Source of the DNA: Oscillospiraceae bacterium
Lineage (GTDB): Bacteria; Bacillota; Clostridia; Oscillospirales; Ruminococcaceae
Direction: 5' to 3'
Assembly (NCBI GenBank): GCA_045543635.1
Contig: JAZQMT010000083.1
Location: 1 to 49,840, forward strand
DNA length: 49,840 bases
Shown here: piece after piece, positions 36,769 through 44,799 of the stretch
Numbering within the stretch: position 1 is the stretch's first letter
Layout: every line of letters starts with the position of its first letter
The notes under the pieces: model-generated
Told to the model about the DNA's origin: nothing
Seen by the model: only the letters and a program-made list of their open reading frames with translations
The model's database searches: none
Translations under genes and position numbers: made by a program

Positions 36769-39288
36769 ATGAAACTTTCCTTTTCAACAAAGGGTTGGCA
36801 TGATAATTCCTTTGAGGAATTTTGTGATATTGCAGTTGATTTAGGCTTCAAGGGAATAGAATTGCACAATATTTATAACAGACTCTTTACCGAGCGTGAC
36901 GGCGCATTTCACGATTATGCTGCCGCTGCAACGCTGCGTCGTCTCTATGAAAAAAATCTTACCATTCCCTGTATTGACACCATCTGCGATATAGCGGATG
37001 AAAATCAGGCAGAAAAAGCTGTCGAGGAAATAGAAAAATGTCTTGCGATTGCAGAAAATCTGCATATTCCGAATATCCGCCTGCGTGCATTTAAGAAAGA
37101 GGACACCGAAAAAGCCTGCGAGGCTGTTTTTGCTCTGCTTTCTAAAATGATTCCCAATGCAGAGGAAAAGGGCGTTACCCTTGTTTTGGAAACCTCAGGA
37201 ATTTTTGCAAACACTGCCGCTCTCAGAGATATGCTTGACCGCTTTGCCTGCGATAATTTAGGTGCGCTCTGGAATTTCTCTGCAGCTTATTTTGAAAGCG
37301 GCGAAGAGCCTGAAACGGTTATCAAAAATCTCGGTGCATATGTCCGCCATGTGCATTTTAACGATGCTGTTAAGACCGAAAACGGCATGGAATATTGCCT
37401 CGCCGGCGAAGGAGATCTCCCGATCAGTGAGCTGATGCTTTCGCTGCGCTCTGTAAACTATGACGGATTTATTTCGCTCGTCTGGGATCCAGCTTGGTGC
37501 GAGGAACTCGATGATATGGAGATCATTTTCTCCCAGTTTACAAACTTTATGAAGCAATTTAAGGCTGTGTCTCGAAATGAGAAACAGTTGTATTACAATC
37601 GCGCACATACAGGTAAATTTATTTGGGAAAAAGATAAGATTATTGATCTGACCTTTTCACAGGTGTTAGACAGAATGGTAGAGGAATTTCCTGACCAGTA
37701 TGCCTTTAAGTACACAACTTTAGATTATACCCGAACATACAGTGAATTTCGTGACGATGTGGACACCTTTGCCCGTGCTCTTATTTCAATGGGCGTAAAA
37801 GCGGGAACAAAGGTTGCTGTCTGGGCTTCCAATGTGCCGCAGTGGTATATTGCATTTTGGGCAACCGTTAAAATCGGTGCTGTTCTAGTTACTGTCAACA
37901 CCGCTTATAAAATTCATGAGGCTGAATATCTCTTGCGCCAGTCTGATACACACACACTGGTGCTCACCGAGGGCGCAAAGGACACCCACTATGGCAAGAT
38001 CGTTGCAGAGCTTTGCCCAGAACTTGCAGAAAAAGAGCCGACAGAGCCTTTGCACAGCAAACGCCTGCCTTTCCTGCGCAATGTCATCACAGTCGGATTT
38101 AAACAGAAAGGGTGTATGACATGGAGTGAGGCAGTTGAGCGCGCCGCGCAGGTTTCGCCCGAAGAGGTTCGGCGCATGGCTTGCGCCGTTGACAAGGATG
38201 ATGTCTGCAATATGCAGTACACATCGGGAACAACAGGCTTCCCCAAGGGCGTTATGCTCACTCACTATAATGTTGTTAATAACGGCAAATATATCGGTGA
38301 CCACATGGATCTGTCCACTGCTGACAGAATGATGATTCAGGTTCCCATGTTTCATTGTTTCGGAATGGTCCTTTCCATGACCGCTTCGATGACACACGGA
38401 ACTACCATGTATCCTTTGCCGTACTTTTCTCCAAAACCGGCACTGGCTTGCGTTCACAATGAACATATCACCACCTTTAACGGTGTTCCTACCATGTTTA
38501 TCGCCATGATGGAGCACCCCGATTTTGCAAAGACTGATTTCTCTTATATCCGCACAGGCATTATGGCAGGTGCTAACTGCCCTGCCGACCTTATGAAAAA
38601 GGCAACCGAGGTTATGAACATGAAAGAAATCGTCTCGGTTTACGGGCAGACTGAGGCAAGCCCCGGCTGTACGATGAGCAGTTATTATGATTCGTTAGAG
38701 GTTCGCACAGAAACTGTCGGAAGCGCATTTGCCAATGTTGAGTGTAAGGTTGTTGACCCTGAAACGGGTGTGGACTGCCCTGATGGGGTGGATGGTGAAT
38801 TTGTTGCCCGCGGCTATAACATTATGAAAGGCTATTATAAAATGCCTGCTGCAACCGCTGCTGCTATTGATAAGGATGGCTGGCTGCACACAGGCGACCT
38901 TGCATGCCGCACCCCCGAAGGTAACTACCGTATCACCGGCAGACTGAAGGATATGATTATTCGCGGCGGTGAGAATATTTACCCCAAGGAAATTGAGGAA
39001 TTTATTTATACGCATCCCAAGGTCAGCGATGTTCAGGTTATCGGTGTTCCCGATAAACAGTATGGCGAGGAAATTATGGCTTGCATTATTCTGAAAGAAG
39101 GTCAGAGCATGACCGCTGATGAAATGAAAGCCTATATCGGAGCAAATATGGCACGCCATAAGGTTCCGCGTTATATTGATTTTGTTGATAGCTTTCCCAT
39201 GAATGCTGCAGGTAAGATTCTTAAATATAAAATGCGTGAGGATGCTGCAAAAAAACTGGGTTTAGATGAGGCGGGAAATAACAAATGA
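36769..39288 (+). CDS. Fusion: xylose-isomerase-like TIM barrel (sugar phosphate isomerase/epimerase family) + AMP-dependent acyl-CoA ligase (839 aa)
   Basis: N-terminal roughly 270 aa: GFKGIELH...LVLE...HVHFND pattern of AP-endo-2/XylA-like TIM barrels. C-terminus: YTSGTTGFPKGVMLTH, YGQTE, GWLHTGDL, RLKDMIIRGGENIYPKEIE, AGKILK. Confidence 0.8.
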   Translation: MKLSFSTKGWHDNSFEEFCDIAVDLGFKGIELHNIYNRLFTERDGAFHDYAAAATLRRLYEKNLTIPCIDTICDIADENQAEKAVEEIEKCLAIAENLHIPNIRLRAFKKEDTEKACEAVFALLSKMIPNAEEKGVTLVLETSGIFANTAALRDMLDRFACDNLGALWNFSAAYFESGEEPETVIKNLGAYVRHVHFNDAVKTENGMEYCLAGEGDLPISELMLSLRSVNYDGFISLVWDPAWCEELDDMEIIFSQFTNFMKQFKAVSRNEKQLYYNRAHTGKFIWEKDKIIDLTFSQVLDRMVEEFPDQYAFKYTTLDYTRTYSEFRDDVDTFARALISMGVKAGTKVAVWASNVPQWYIAFWATVKIGAVLVTVNTAYKIHEAEYLLRQSDTHTLVLTEGAKDTHYGKIVAELCPELAEKEPTEPLHSKRLPFLRNVITVGFKQKGCMTWSEAVERAAQVSPEEVRRMACAVDKDDVCNMQYTSGTTGFPKGVMLTHYNVVNNGKYIGDHMDLSTADRMMIQVPMFHCFGMVLSMTASMTHGTTMYPLPYFSPKPALACVHNEHITTFNGVPTMFIAMMEHPDFAKTDFSYIRTGIMAGANCPADLMKKATEVMNMKEIVSVYGQTEASPGCTMSSYYDSLEVRTETVGSAFANVECKVVDPETGVDCPDGVDGEFVARGYNIMKGYYKMPAATAAAIDKDGWLHTGDLACRTPEGNYRITGRLKDMIIRGGENIYPKEIEEFIYTHPKVSDVQVIGVPDKQYGEEIMACIILKEGQSMTADEMKAYIGANMARHKVPRYIDFVDSFPMNAAGKILKYKMREDAAKKLGLDEAGNNK

Positions 39289-40100
39289 TAGCAAATTACA
39301 AGGTTATTGACTCGCATTGCCATGTCTATCCTGAAAAGATAGCAGCTGCTGCAGTAGGCGCAACCGATAGATTTTACAACACCGTTTCTGCTTTTGATGG
39401 CAGCACCGGTGCACTGCTCTCGCAATGTGAGAGAGAGGGCGTTGACCATGCGGTCATTCAATCTGTTGCCACAACGCCAAAACAGGTTTCCAGTATTAAT
39501 CGTTTTATTGCAAAAACGGTTGAGGAGAACAAAAATAAGTTTACGGGGCTCGGCACACTCCACCCTGACAGCGCAGATATTGCCGCCGATGTGCGTGAGA
39601 TAATTGAGCTTGGGCTTCATGGAGTAAAACTTCACCCGGATATTCAGCGGTTTAAAATAGATGATTATCGCTGTCTTAAGATTTATGAGCTGTGTGAGAG
39701 AGAGGGGCTTCCCATTCTTATGCATACAGGCGATAACCGCTATGATTTTTCTAATCCAAATAGACTACTGCCTATTTTAAATATCTATACAGGGCTTGTT
39801 GTAATAGGTGCGCATCTCGGCGGCTGGTCTATTTGGGAACAAGCGGGGCAGGTTTATCCGCAATTTGATAACTTCTATGTGGATACCTCCTCAACACTTT
39901 CTTTTTGCGGACCTGAAATAATGAAAAAAGTTATCAAAGCATATGGTGCAGATAAAGTTATGTTTGCAAGCGATTATCCCATGGGAGCACAGCAAAAGGA
40001 AATAGATGCACTGCTTTCGATGCAATTTGCGCAGGAGGATTACAAAAAAATATTCTCCGAAAATGCGAAAAAGGTGTTTAAAATCAAAGGTGACATATAA
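39285..40100 (+). CDS. Amidohydrolase-2 family metal-dependent hydrolase (271 aa)
   Basis: IDSHCHVYP N-terminal HxH-type motif, H.D. and SDYP motifs of the COG2159-type TIM-barrel hydrolases/decarboxylases. Overlaps the stop of the upstream gene. Confidence 0.7.
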   Translation: MIANYKVIDSHCHVYPEKIAAAAVGATDRFYNTVSAFDGSTGALLSQCEREGVDHAVIQSVATTPKQVSSINRFIAKTVEENKNKFTGLGTLHPDSADIAADVREIIELGLHGVKLHPDIQRFKIDDYRCLKIYELCEREGLPILMHTGDNRYDFSNPNRLLPILNIYTGLVVIGAHLGGWSIWEQAGQVYPQFDNFYVDTSSTLSFCGPEIMKKVIKAYGADKVMFASDYPMGAQQKEIDALLSMQFAQEDYKKIFSENAKKVFKIKGDI

Positions 40101-40105
40101 ATTTG

Positions 40106-40134
40106 GATTACGGCGGGTATATCGCGCCGTAATC
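40106..40134 (+). terminator. Hairpin ending the T-box-3 unit
   Basis: GATTACGGCG / CGCCGTAATC stem. The T-run is displaced (AGAAAAATTTGTTTTTTT). Confidence 0.55.
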
Positions 40135-40155
40135 AGAAAAATTTGTTTTTTTCTA

Positions 40156-40184
40156 TTGACTTTTGAAAAAAATAGGAGTAAAAT
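40156..40184 (+). promoter_or_regulatory. Promoter of the aromatic supraoperon
   Basis: TTGACT (40156-40161), 17 nt, TAAAAT (40179-40184). Confidence 0.6.
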
Positions 40185-40217
40185 TTTTTTATTAAGTAAT
40201 TGAAAGGAGTGGGCAAA

Positions 40218-40286
40218 ATGTTCTTTTTTGCATATCGATACTATTTTATCAAGGGCTGCCCGCTTTCTTTTCAGTCGGAAAAGTAA
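40218..40286 (+). CDS. Phe/Tyr-rich leader peptide (22 aa): MFFFAYRYYFIKGCPLSFQSEK
   Basis: AAGGAG SD 8 nt upstream of the ATG. 4 Phe plus 3 Tyr in codons 2-10. The stop codon sits in the loop of hairpin CGGAAAA-GTAA-TTTTCCG (40276-40293). Confidence 0.55.
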   Translation: MFFFAYRYYFIKGCPLSFQSEK

Positions 40287-40312
40287 TTTTCCGCTAAAAT
40301 TAAGAGGACAGT

Positions 40313-40367
40313 CCGCAGCCGTTTATGCCGCTTTTTTATAAGTGGGATAGGTGGATGCGGTTTTTTT
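40313..40367 (+). terminator. Attenuator terminator upstream of the first aro-operon gene
   Basis: 19-nt arms CCGCAGCCGTTTATGCCGC (40313-40331) / GTGGGATAGGTGGATGCGG (40342-40360), with G-U pairs and 2 mismatches. Loop TTTTTTATAA, then T7 (40361-40367). Confidence 0.6.
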
Positions 40368-40394
40368 ATTGAAATTTTTAACGGAGATGATAAA

Positions 40395-41579
40395 ATGATT
40401 TCTCAAGAAATGCTTGCACTCGGAAAAAAAAGCTCGGTCATAAGGGAGATTTTTGAGTATTCCAAAAAGAGAAAGCTTGAAATAGGAGACGAGAATGTTT
40501 TTGATTTCAGCCTCGGTAATCCCAGCATTCCCGCTCCCGCTGTTGTAACCGAAACCATGAGCCGATTCATGCAGGAAAAGGATGCTGTTTCTCTGCATGG
40601 CTACACCTCGGCACCGGGCGACCTAGATGTCCGCAAAACGATTGCCGAAAATATTAAAAAACGCTTTGGCTTTGAGGCTCAAACTGCTCTTATTTATATG
40701 ACCTGCGGAGCCGCCGCCTCGCTTACCATTACCCTTAAAGCCATCATTGAGGAAGGCGACGAGGTTATCTTACTGGCACCCTTTTTTCCGGAATATCAGG
40801 TTTTTGCTGCAAATACGGGAGCAAAAACACGCGTTGTTTTGGGAAAAGGCGAGCAGTTTGAAATAGATGCCGAGGCACTCGCTGCTGCGGTAAATGAAAA
40901 AACAAGAGCGATTATTGTAAACTCTCCCAATAATCCTACAGGGGCTGTTTTAAGTGAGGAAAGCATAAAAACACTCGCAGAGATATTAAATGCAAAGCAA
41001 AAACAATTCGGCACTGCGATCACCATTATTGCCGATGAGCCTTACCGTGAGCTTGTTTACGGTGATGTACAGGTCCCCTATATCCCTAACTACTATGACA
41101 ACACCGTTGTCTGCTATTCTTATAGTAAATCCCTTTCTCTTCCGGGCGAAAGAATAGGCTATATTTCGGTTTCTCCTAAAATGGAAAACGCAGGTGATGT
41201 TTTTGCGGCAGTTTGCGGAGCGGGCAGAAGCATGGGCTATGTTTGTGCTCCCAGCCTCTTACAGTACACTGCCGCCGCTTGTGACGGTGCAGAGCCCGAC
41301 ATCTCGGCTTATGATAAAAACCGCACACTTCTTTATGGGGAGCTTACTAAAATTGGTTATAGCGCCGTTCGTCCCGACGGGGCATTTTATCTCTTTGTAA
41401 AGTCTTTAGAACCGGATGCAAATGCATTTTGTGAGAGAGCAAAAAAATATGAGCTTCTGCTTGTTCCCAGTGATGATTTCGGAGTGAAAGGGTATGTCAG
41501 AATTGCTTATTGCGTTAGCTACGAGCAGATAGAGCGCTCAATCCCCTCCTTTCAGAAGCTTTATGAGGAATATAAATAA
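40395..41579 (+). CDS. Class I PLP aminotransferase (aspartate/aromatic aminotransferase)
   Basis: NSPNNPTG, YSYSKSLSLPGERIGY (PLP Lys), R.AY. First gene of the aromatic operon. Confidence 0.85.
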   Translation: MISQEMLALGKKSSVIREIFEYSKKRKLEIGDENVFDFSLGNPSIPAPAVVTETMSRFMQEKDAVSLHGYTSAPGDLDVRKTIAENIKKRFGFEAQTALIYMTCGAAASLTITLKAIIEEGDEVILLAPFFPEYQVFAANTGAKTRVVLGKGEQFEIDAEALAAAVNEKTRAIIVNSPNNPTGAVLSEESIKTLAEILNAKQKQFGTAITIIADEPYRELVYGDVQVPYIPNYYDNTVVCYSYSKSLSLPGERIGYISVSPKMENAGDVFAAVCGAGRSMGYVCAPSLLQYTAAACDGAEPDISAYDKNRTLLYGELTKIGYSAVRPDGAFYLFVKSLEPDANAFCERAKKYELLLVPSDDFGVKGYVRIAYCVSYEQIERSIPSFQKLYEEYK

Positions 41580-41590
41580 GGAGTACTGTT

Positions 41591-42679
41591 ATGACCGACT
41601 TAAAAGAGGCAAGGCAGATTATAAACGAGGCCGATAAAGGCATGGCGGAATTATTTAAAAAGAGAATGGACGCTGTCCGCCTTGTCGCAGCCTATAAAAA
41701 GGAGCATGGGCTTCCCATTGATGATTTAGCGCGTGAGGAAGAAATGATCGCGCGCAACTCGCAGCTTATTGAAGATGAGAATTACCGCTCCTATTATGTA
41801 AATTTTCTGCGCAATAATATTGAGCTTTCCAAGCAGCTCCAGCATAGGCTTCTGGACGGAATGAGAGTTGCTTACAGCGGAGCCCCCGGCGCGTTTGCCA
41901 ATATCGTTGCAGAGCGCATTTTCCCCGATGCCAAAGCTGTTGCCTATCCTGATTTTAAGGCAGCCTATAATGCTGCTCTTTCAGGTGAGTGCGATTGTGC
42001 AGTTTTGCCTATTGAAAACAGCTTTAATGGTGATGTCAGTAATGTTTTGGATCTTGCGTTCTTTGGCTCGCTTTATGTAAATGGAATATATGAGGCAGAA
42101 ATTATTCAAAATCTTTTGGCAGTCAAGGGTACAACGCTTGACGAGGTCAAAACCGTTATCAGTCATCCGCAGGCACTCGGCCAGTGTGCGGAGTTTATTG
42201 AAAAGCATGGCTTTGAAACAATAGAGGCTGTGAATACAGCGGTTGCTGCCAAACAGGTTGCTCAAATGGACAGACATGATGTTGCAGCCATCGGTTCTGC
42301 CGAAGCGGGTGAAAAGTTCGGGCTTAAAAAGCTTGCTGCTCATATTAATGAAAGCAACACAAACACCACCCGTTTTGCCGTTTTTTCAAGAGCACAGAGA
42401 ACGGCAAGCCCCTCAGATAATCGCTTTATCATGCTGTTTACGGTTAACAATGCCGCAGGCTCGCTGGGGCGTGCGATCTCTGTTATCGGAGAGCATGGAT
42501 TTAACCTGCTTGCCTTAAAAAGCCGCCCCACCAAAGAGCTTGTATGGGATTATTATTTTTATGCCGAGGGTGAGGGCAATATAAACAGTGAGCAGGGCAA
42601 AGCCATGCTTGAGGACTTAAAAGGCAGCTGCAGCAACTTAAAGATTGTCGGCAGTTTTGAAAAAGAGATCCGAATTTAA
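41591..42679 (+). CDS. pheA: Bifunctional chorismate mutase / prephenate dehydratase (P-protein)
   Basis: N-terminal CM type 2 helix pattern (R..I...D..M..L...R). PDT domain VAYSGAPGAF...NTTRF. C-terminal ACT domain. Confidence 0.9.
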   Translation: MTDLKEARQIINEADKGMAELFKKRMDAVRLVAAYKKEHGLPIDDLAREEEMIARNSQLIEDENYRSYYVNFLRNNIELSKQLQHRLLDGMRVAYSGAPGAFANIVAERIFPDAKAVAYPDFKAAYNAALSGECDCAVLPIENSFNGDVSNVLDLAFFGSLYVNGIYEAEIIQNLLAVKGTTLDEVKTVISHPQALGQCAEFIEKHGFETIEAVNTAVAAKQVAQMDRHDVAAIGSAEAGEKFGLKKLAAHINESNTNTTRFAVFSRAQRTASPSDNRFIMLFTVNNAAGSLGRAISVIGEHGFNLLALKSRPTKELVWDYYFYAEGEGNINSEQGKAMLEDLKGSCSNLKIVGSFEKEIRI

Positions 42680-42694
42680 GGAAGAAGGATTGGT

Positions 42695-43708
42695 ATGATA
42701 ATTCCCGTTAAAACCTCGCAGGGCTTTTATGATATTATTTTGGAGCGCGGCGCACTTTTAAGGGCGAAAGATTATTTAAATCTTGACAGAAAGGTGCTTG
42801 TCGTAACCGATAGCGGTGTTCCGAGTGAATATGCACAGGCGATAGCTGCTGTATCAAAAAAGCCCACGGTTGTAACGATAAAAGAGGGCGAGCCCTCTAA
42901 ACAGATGGACAGCCTTAAAATCTTGCTTGAAGCGCTTGTTAAAAATGATTTTACCCGTACCGACTGTGTTGTTGCCGTCGGCGGCGGAGTGGTAGGAGAT
43001 CTTTCGGGCTTTGCTGCCAGCATTTTTATGCGCGGTATTGATTTTTATAATATCCCCACAACCGTGCTTTCGCAGGTGGACTCATCAATCGGCGGCAAGA
43101 CTGCTATTGATTTTATGGGAATTAAAAATATTGTCGGCGCTTTTTATCCGCCGAAAAGAGTTATCATAGATGCGGACACGCTGAAAACTTTACCTGCACG
43201 CCAAATCTCAAATGGGCTTGCCGAAGCGGTTAAGATGGCGGCAACCAGTGACAGTAAGCTTTTTGAGATATTTGAAAAGGGCGATGCTCTTAAAAATATT
43301 GACACCGTTATCGAGCGTTCCTTGCGTGTAAAAAAACAGGTGGTTGAAGAGGATGAGCACGAATCAGGGCTTCGCAAAATTTTAAACTTCGGACACACAC
43401 TGGCGCATGCAGTTGAAAGCACCTATGCAATGAAAGAGCTTTATCATGGTGAGTGTGTAAGCCTCGGGATGTTACCTATGTGCAGTGAACAGGTTAAACA
43501 AAGGCTTTTGCCTGTTTTAAGAAAATTAAATCTTCCTACCGAAATTTCAGCAGATGCACAGGCACTTATTGAGGCGTGCCGCCACGATAAGAAAACAGCA
43601 GGAGACGATATAACTGTTGTGTTGGTACACGAGATAGGCTCATTTGAGCTAAAGAAAATGCCATTTACAGAGCTTGAAGATAGAATTAGGCAGGTGATAG
43701 GGAAATGA
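42695..43708 (+). CDS. aroB: 3-dehydroquinate synthase
   Basis: GGGVVGDLSGFAA, PTT.LSQVDSSIGGKT, GHT.AHA.E motifs. Confidence 0.9.
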   Translation: MIIPVKTSQGFYDIILERGALLRAKDYLNLDRKVLVVTDSGVPSEYAQAIAAVSKKPTVVTIKEGEPSKQMDSLKILLEALVKNDFTRTDCVVAVGGGVVGDLSGFAASIFMRGIDFYNIPTTVLSQVDSSIGGKTAIDFMGIKNIVGAFYPPKRVIIDADTLKTLPARQISNGLAEAVKMAATSDSKLFEIFEKGDALKNIDTVIERSLRVKKQVVEEDEHESGLRKILNFGHTLAHAVESTYAMKELYHGECVSLGMLPMCSEQVKQRLLPVLRKLNLPTEISADAQALIEACRHDKKTAGDDITVVLVHEIGSFELKKMPFTELEDRIRQVIGK

Positions 43709-44799
43709 AAAATACATTTGGAAATCATGTATCGGTAACTATTTTCGGCGAGAGCCACGGCATGGGTATCGGTGCTGTTTTAGATGGTATTTCCCCCGGA
43801 ATTGAGGTAAATGAAGAGTATATCAAAGAGATCCTTTCTCTGCGCCGCCCTGGCGGTGCAATTTCAACCGCACGCCGGGAAATGGACGAATTTGTTATTC
43901 AAAGCGGCGTTTTTGAGGGCAAAACAACCGGAACCCCCATCTGTATTACCATTCCAAATTCTGACACCCGCTCCAAAGATTACAGCAGCATGAAATCAAC
44001 AGTACGCCCCTCCCATGCTGATTACACCGCCCAGTGTAAGTATCATGGATTTCAAGATTATCGCGGCGGCGGACATTTCAGCGGAAGAATAACTGCGGCA
44101 GTTTGCGCCGCGGGTGCCATTCTCATGTCGGCACTTTCTAAAAAAGGCATTTTAATAGGCACACATATAAAGAAATCCGGCGGTGTCTGTGACCGCGATT
44201 TTGAAAATTACACAGAAGATATGAAAAAACTCTCTCAAACTCCGTTTGCCGTTTTAGATGAGGCGGCAGGAGAAAAAATGCAGGAACATATAATGGCTGC
44301 TAAAGGTGAGGGAGATAGTCTCGGCGGTGTTTTGGAAACTGCTGTTATCGGTTTAGATGCCGGACTCGGGGAGCCGTTTTTCGATAGTGTTGAAAGCATG
44401 ATTTCCCATGCAATGTTCTCTATTCCCGGAGTGAAGGGAGTTGAGTTCGGAGCGGGCTTTGCGCTCTCCGATATGAAAGGCTCACAGGCAAATGACGCGC
44501 TTTGTATACAAAACGGAGGCGTTAAAACCCTTTCCAATAACAGCGGCGGCATTAACGGTGGTATTACCAACGGAATGCCCATTGTTTTCCGTTGTGCTGT
44601 TCGCCCCACTCCCACACTTTCCAAGCAACAGCAGACAATAGATTTTGAAAAGCTTGAGGATACCACACTCGCGGCAGGCGGCAGACACGACCCTTGCATC
44701 GTTCACAGAGCGAGAATTGTTGTAGATGCGTTGGCGGCTATCGTACTTGCTGATATATTAGCGGGGCGTTACGGAACAGATTGGTTGGGTGCAGAATGA
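43705..44799 (+). CDS. aroC: Chorismate synthase
   Basis: FGESHG, RRPG, RPSHAD, GGGHFSGR, GGRHDPC motifs. Confidence 0.95.
   Translation: MKNTFGNHVSVTIFGESHGMGIGAVLDGISPGIEVNEEYIKEILSLRRPGGAISTARREMDEFVIQSGVFEGKTTGTPICITIPNSDTRSKDYSSMKSTVRPSHADYTAQCKYHGFQDYRGGGHFSGRITAAVCAAGAILMSALSKKGILIGTHIKKSGGVCDRDFENYTEDMKKLSQTPFAVLDEAAGEKMQEHIMAAKGEGDSLGGVLETAVIGLDAGLGEPFFDSVESMISHAMFSIPGVKGVEFGAGFALSDMKGSQANDALCIQNGGVKTLSNNSGGINGGITNGMPIVFRCAVRPTPTLSKQQQTIDFEKLEDTTLAAGGRHDPCIVHRARIVVDALAAIVLADILAGRYGTDWLGAE

Noticed and set aside
40100-40394. T-box or other riboswitch upstream of the aromatic operon
   Set aside because: No AGAGA / GGTGNRA / GGTGGTACCGCG elements are present. The region is better explained by the SD-led Phe/Tyr-rich mini-ORF plus terminator.
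40323-40598. 91-aa minus-strand ORF
   Set aside because: It overlaps the attenuator terminator and the 5' end of the aminotransferase gene in antisense, with no SD.
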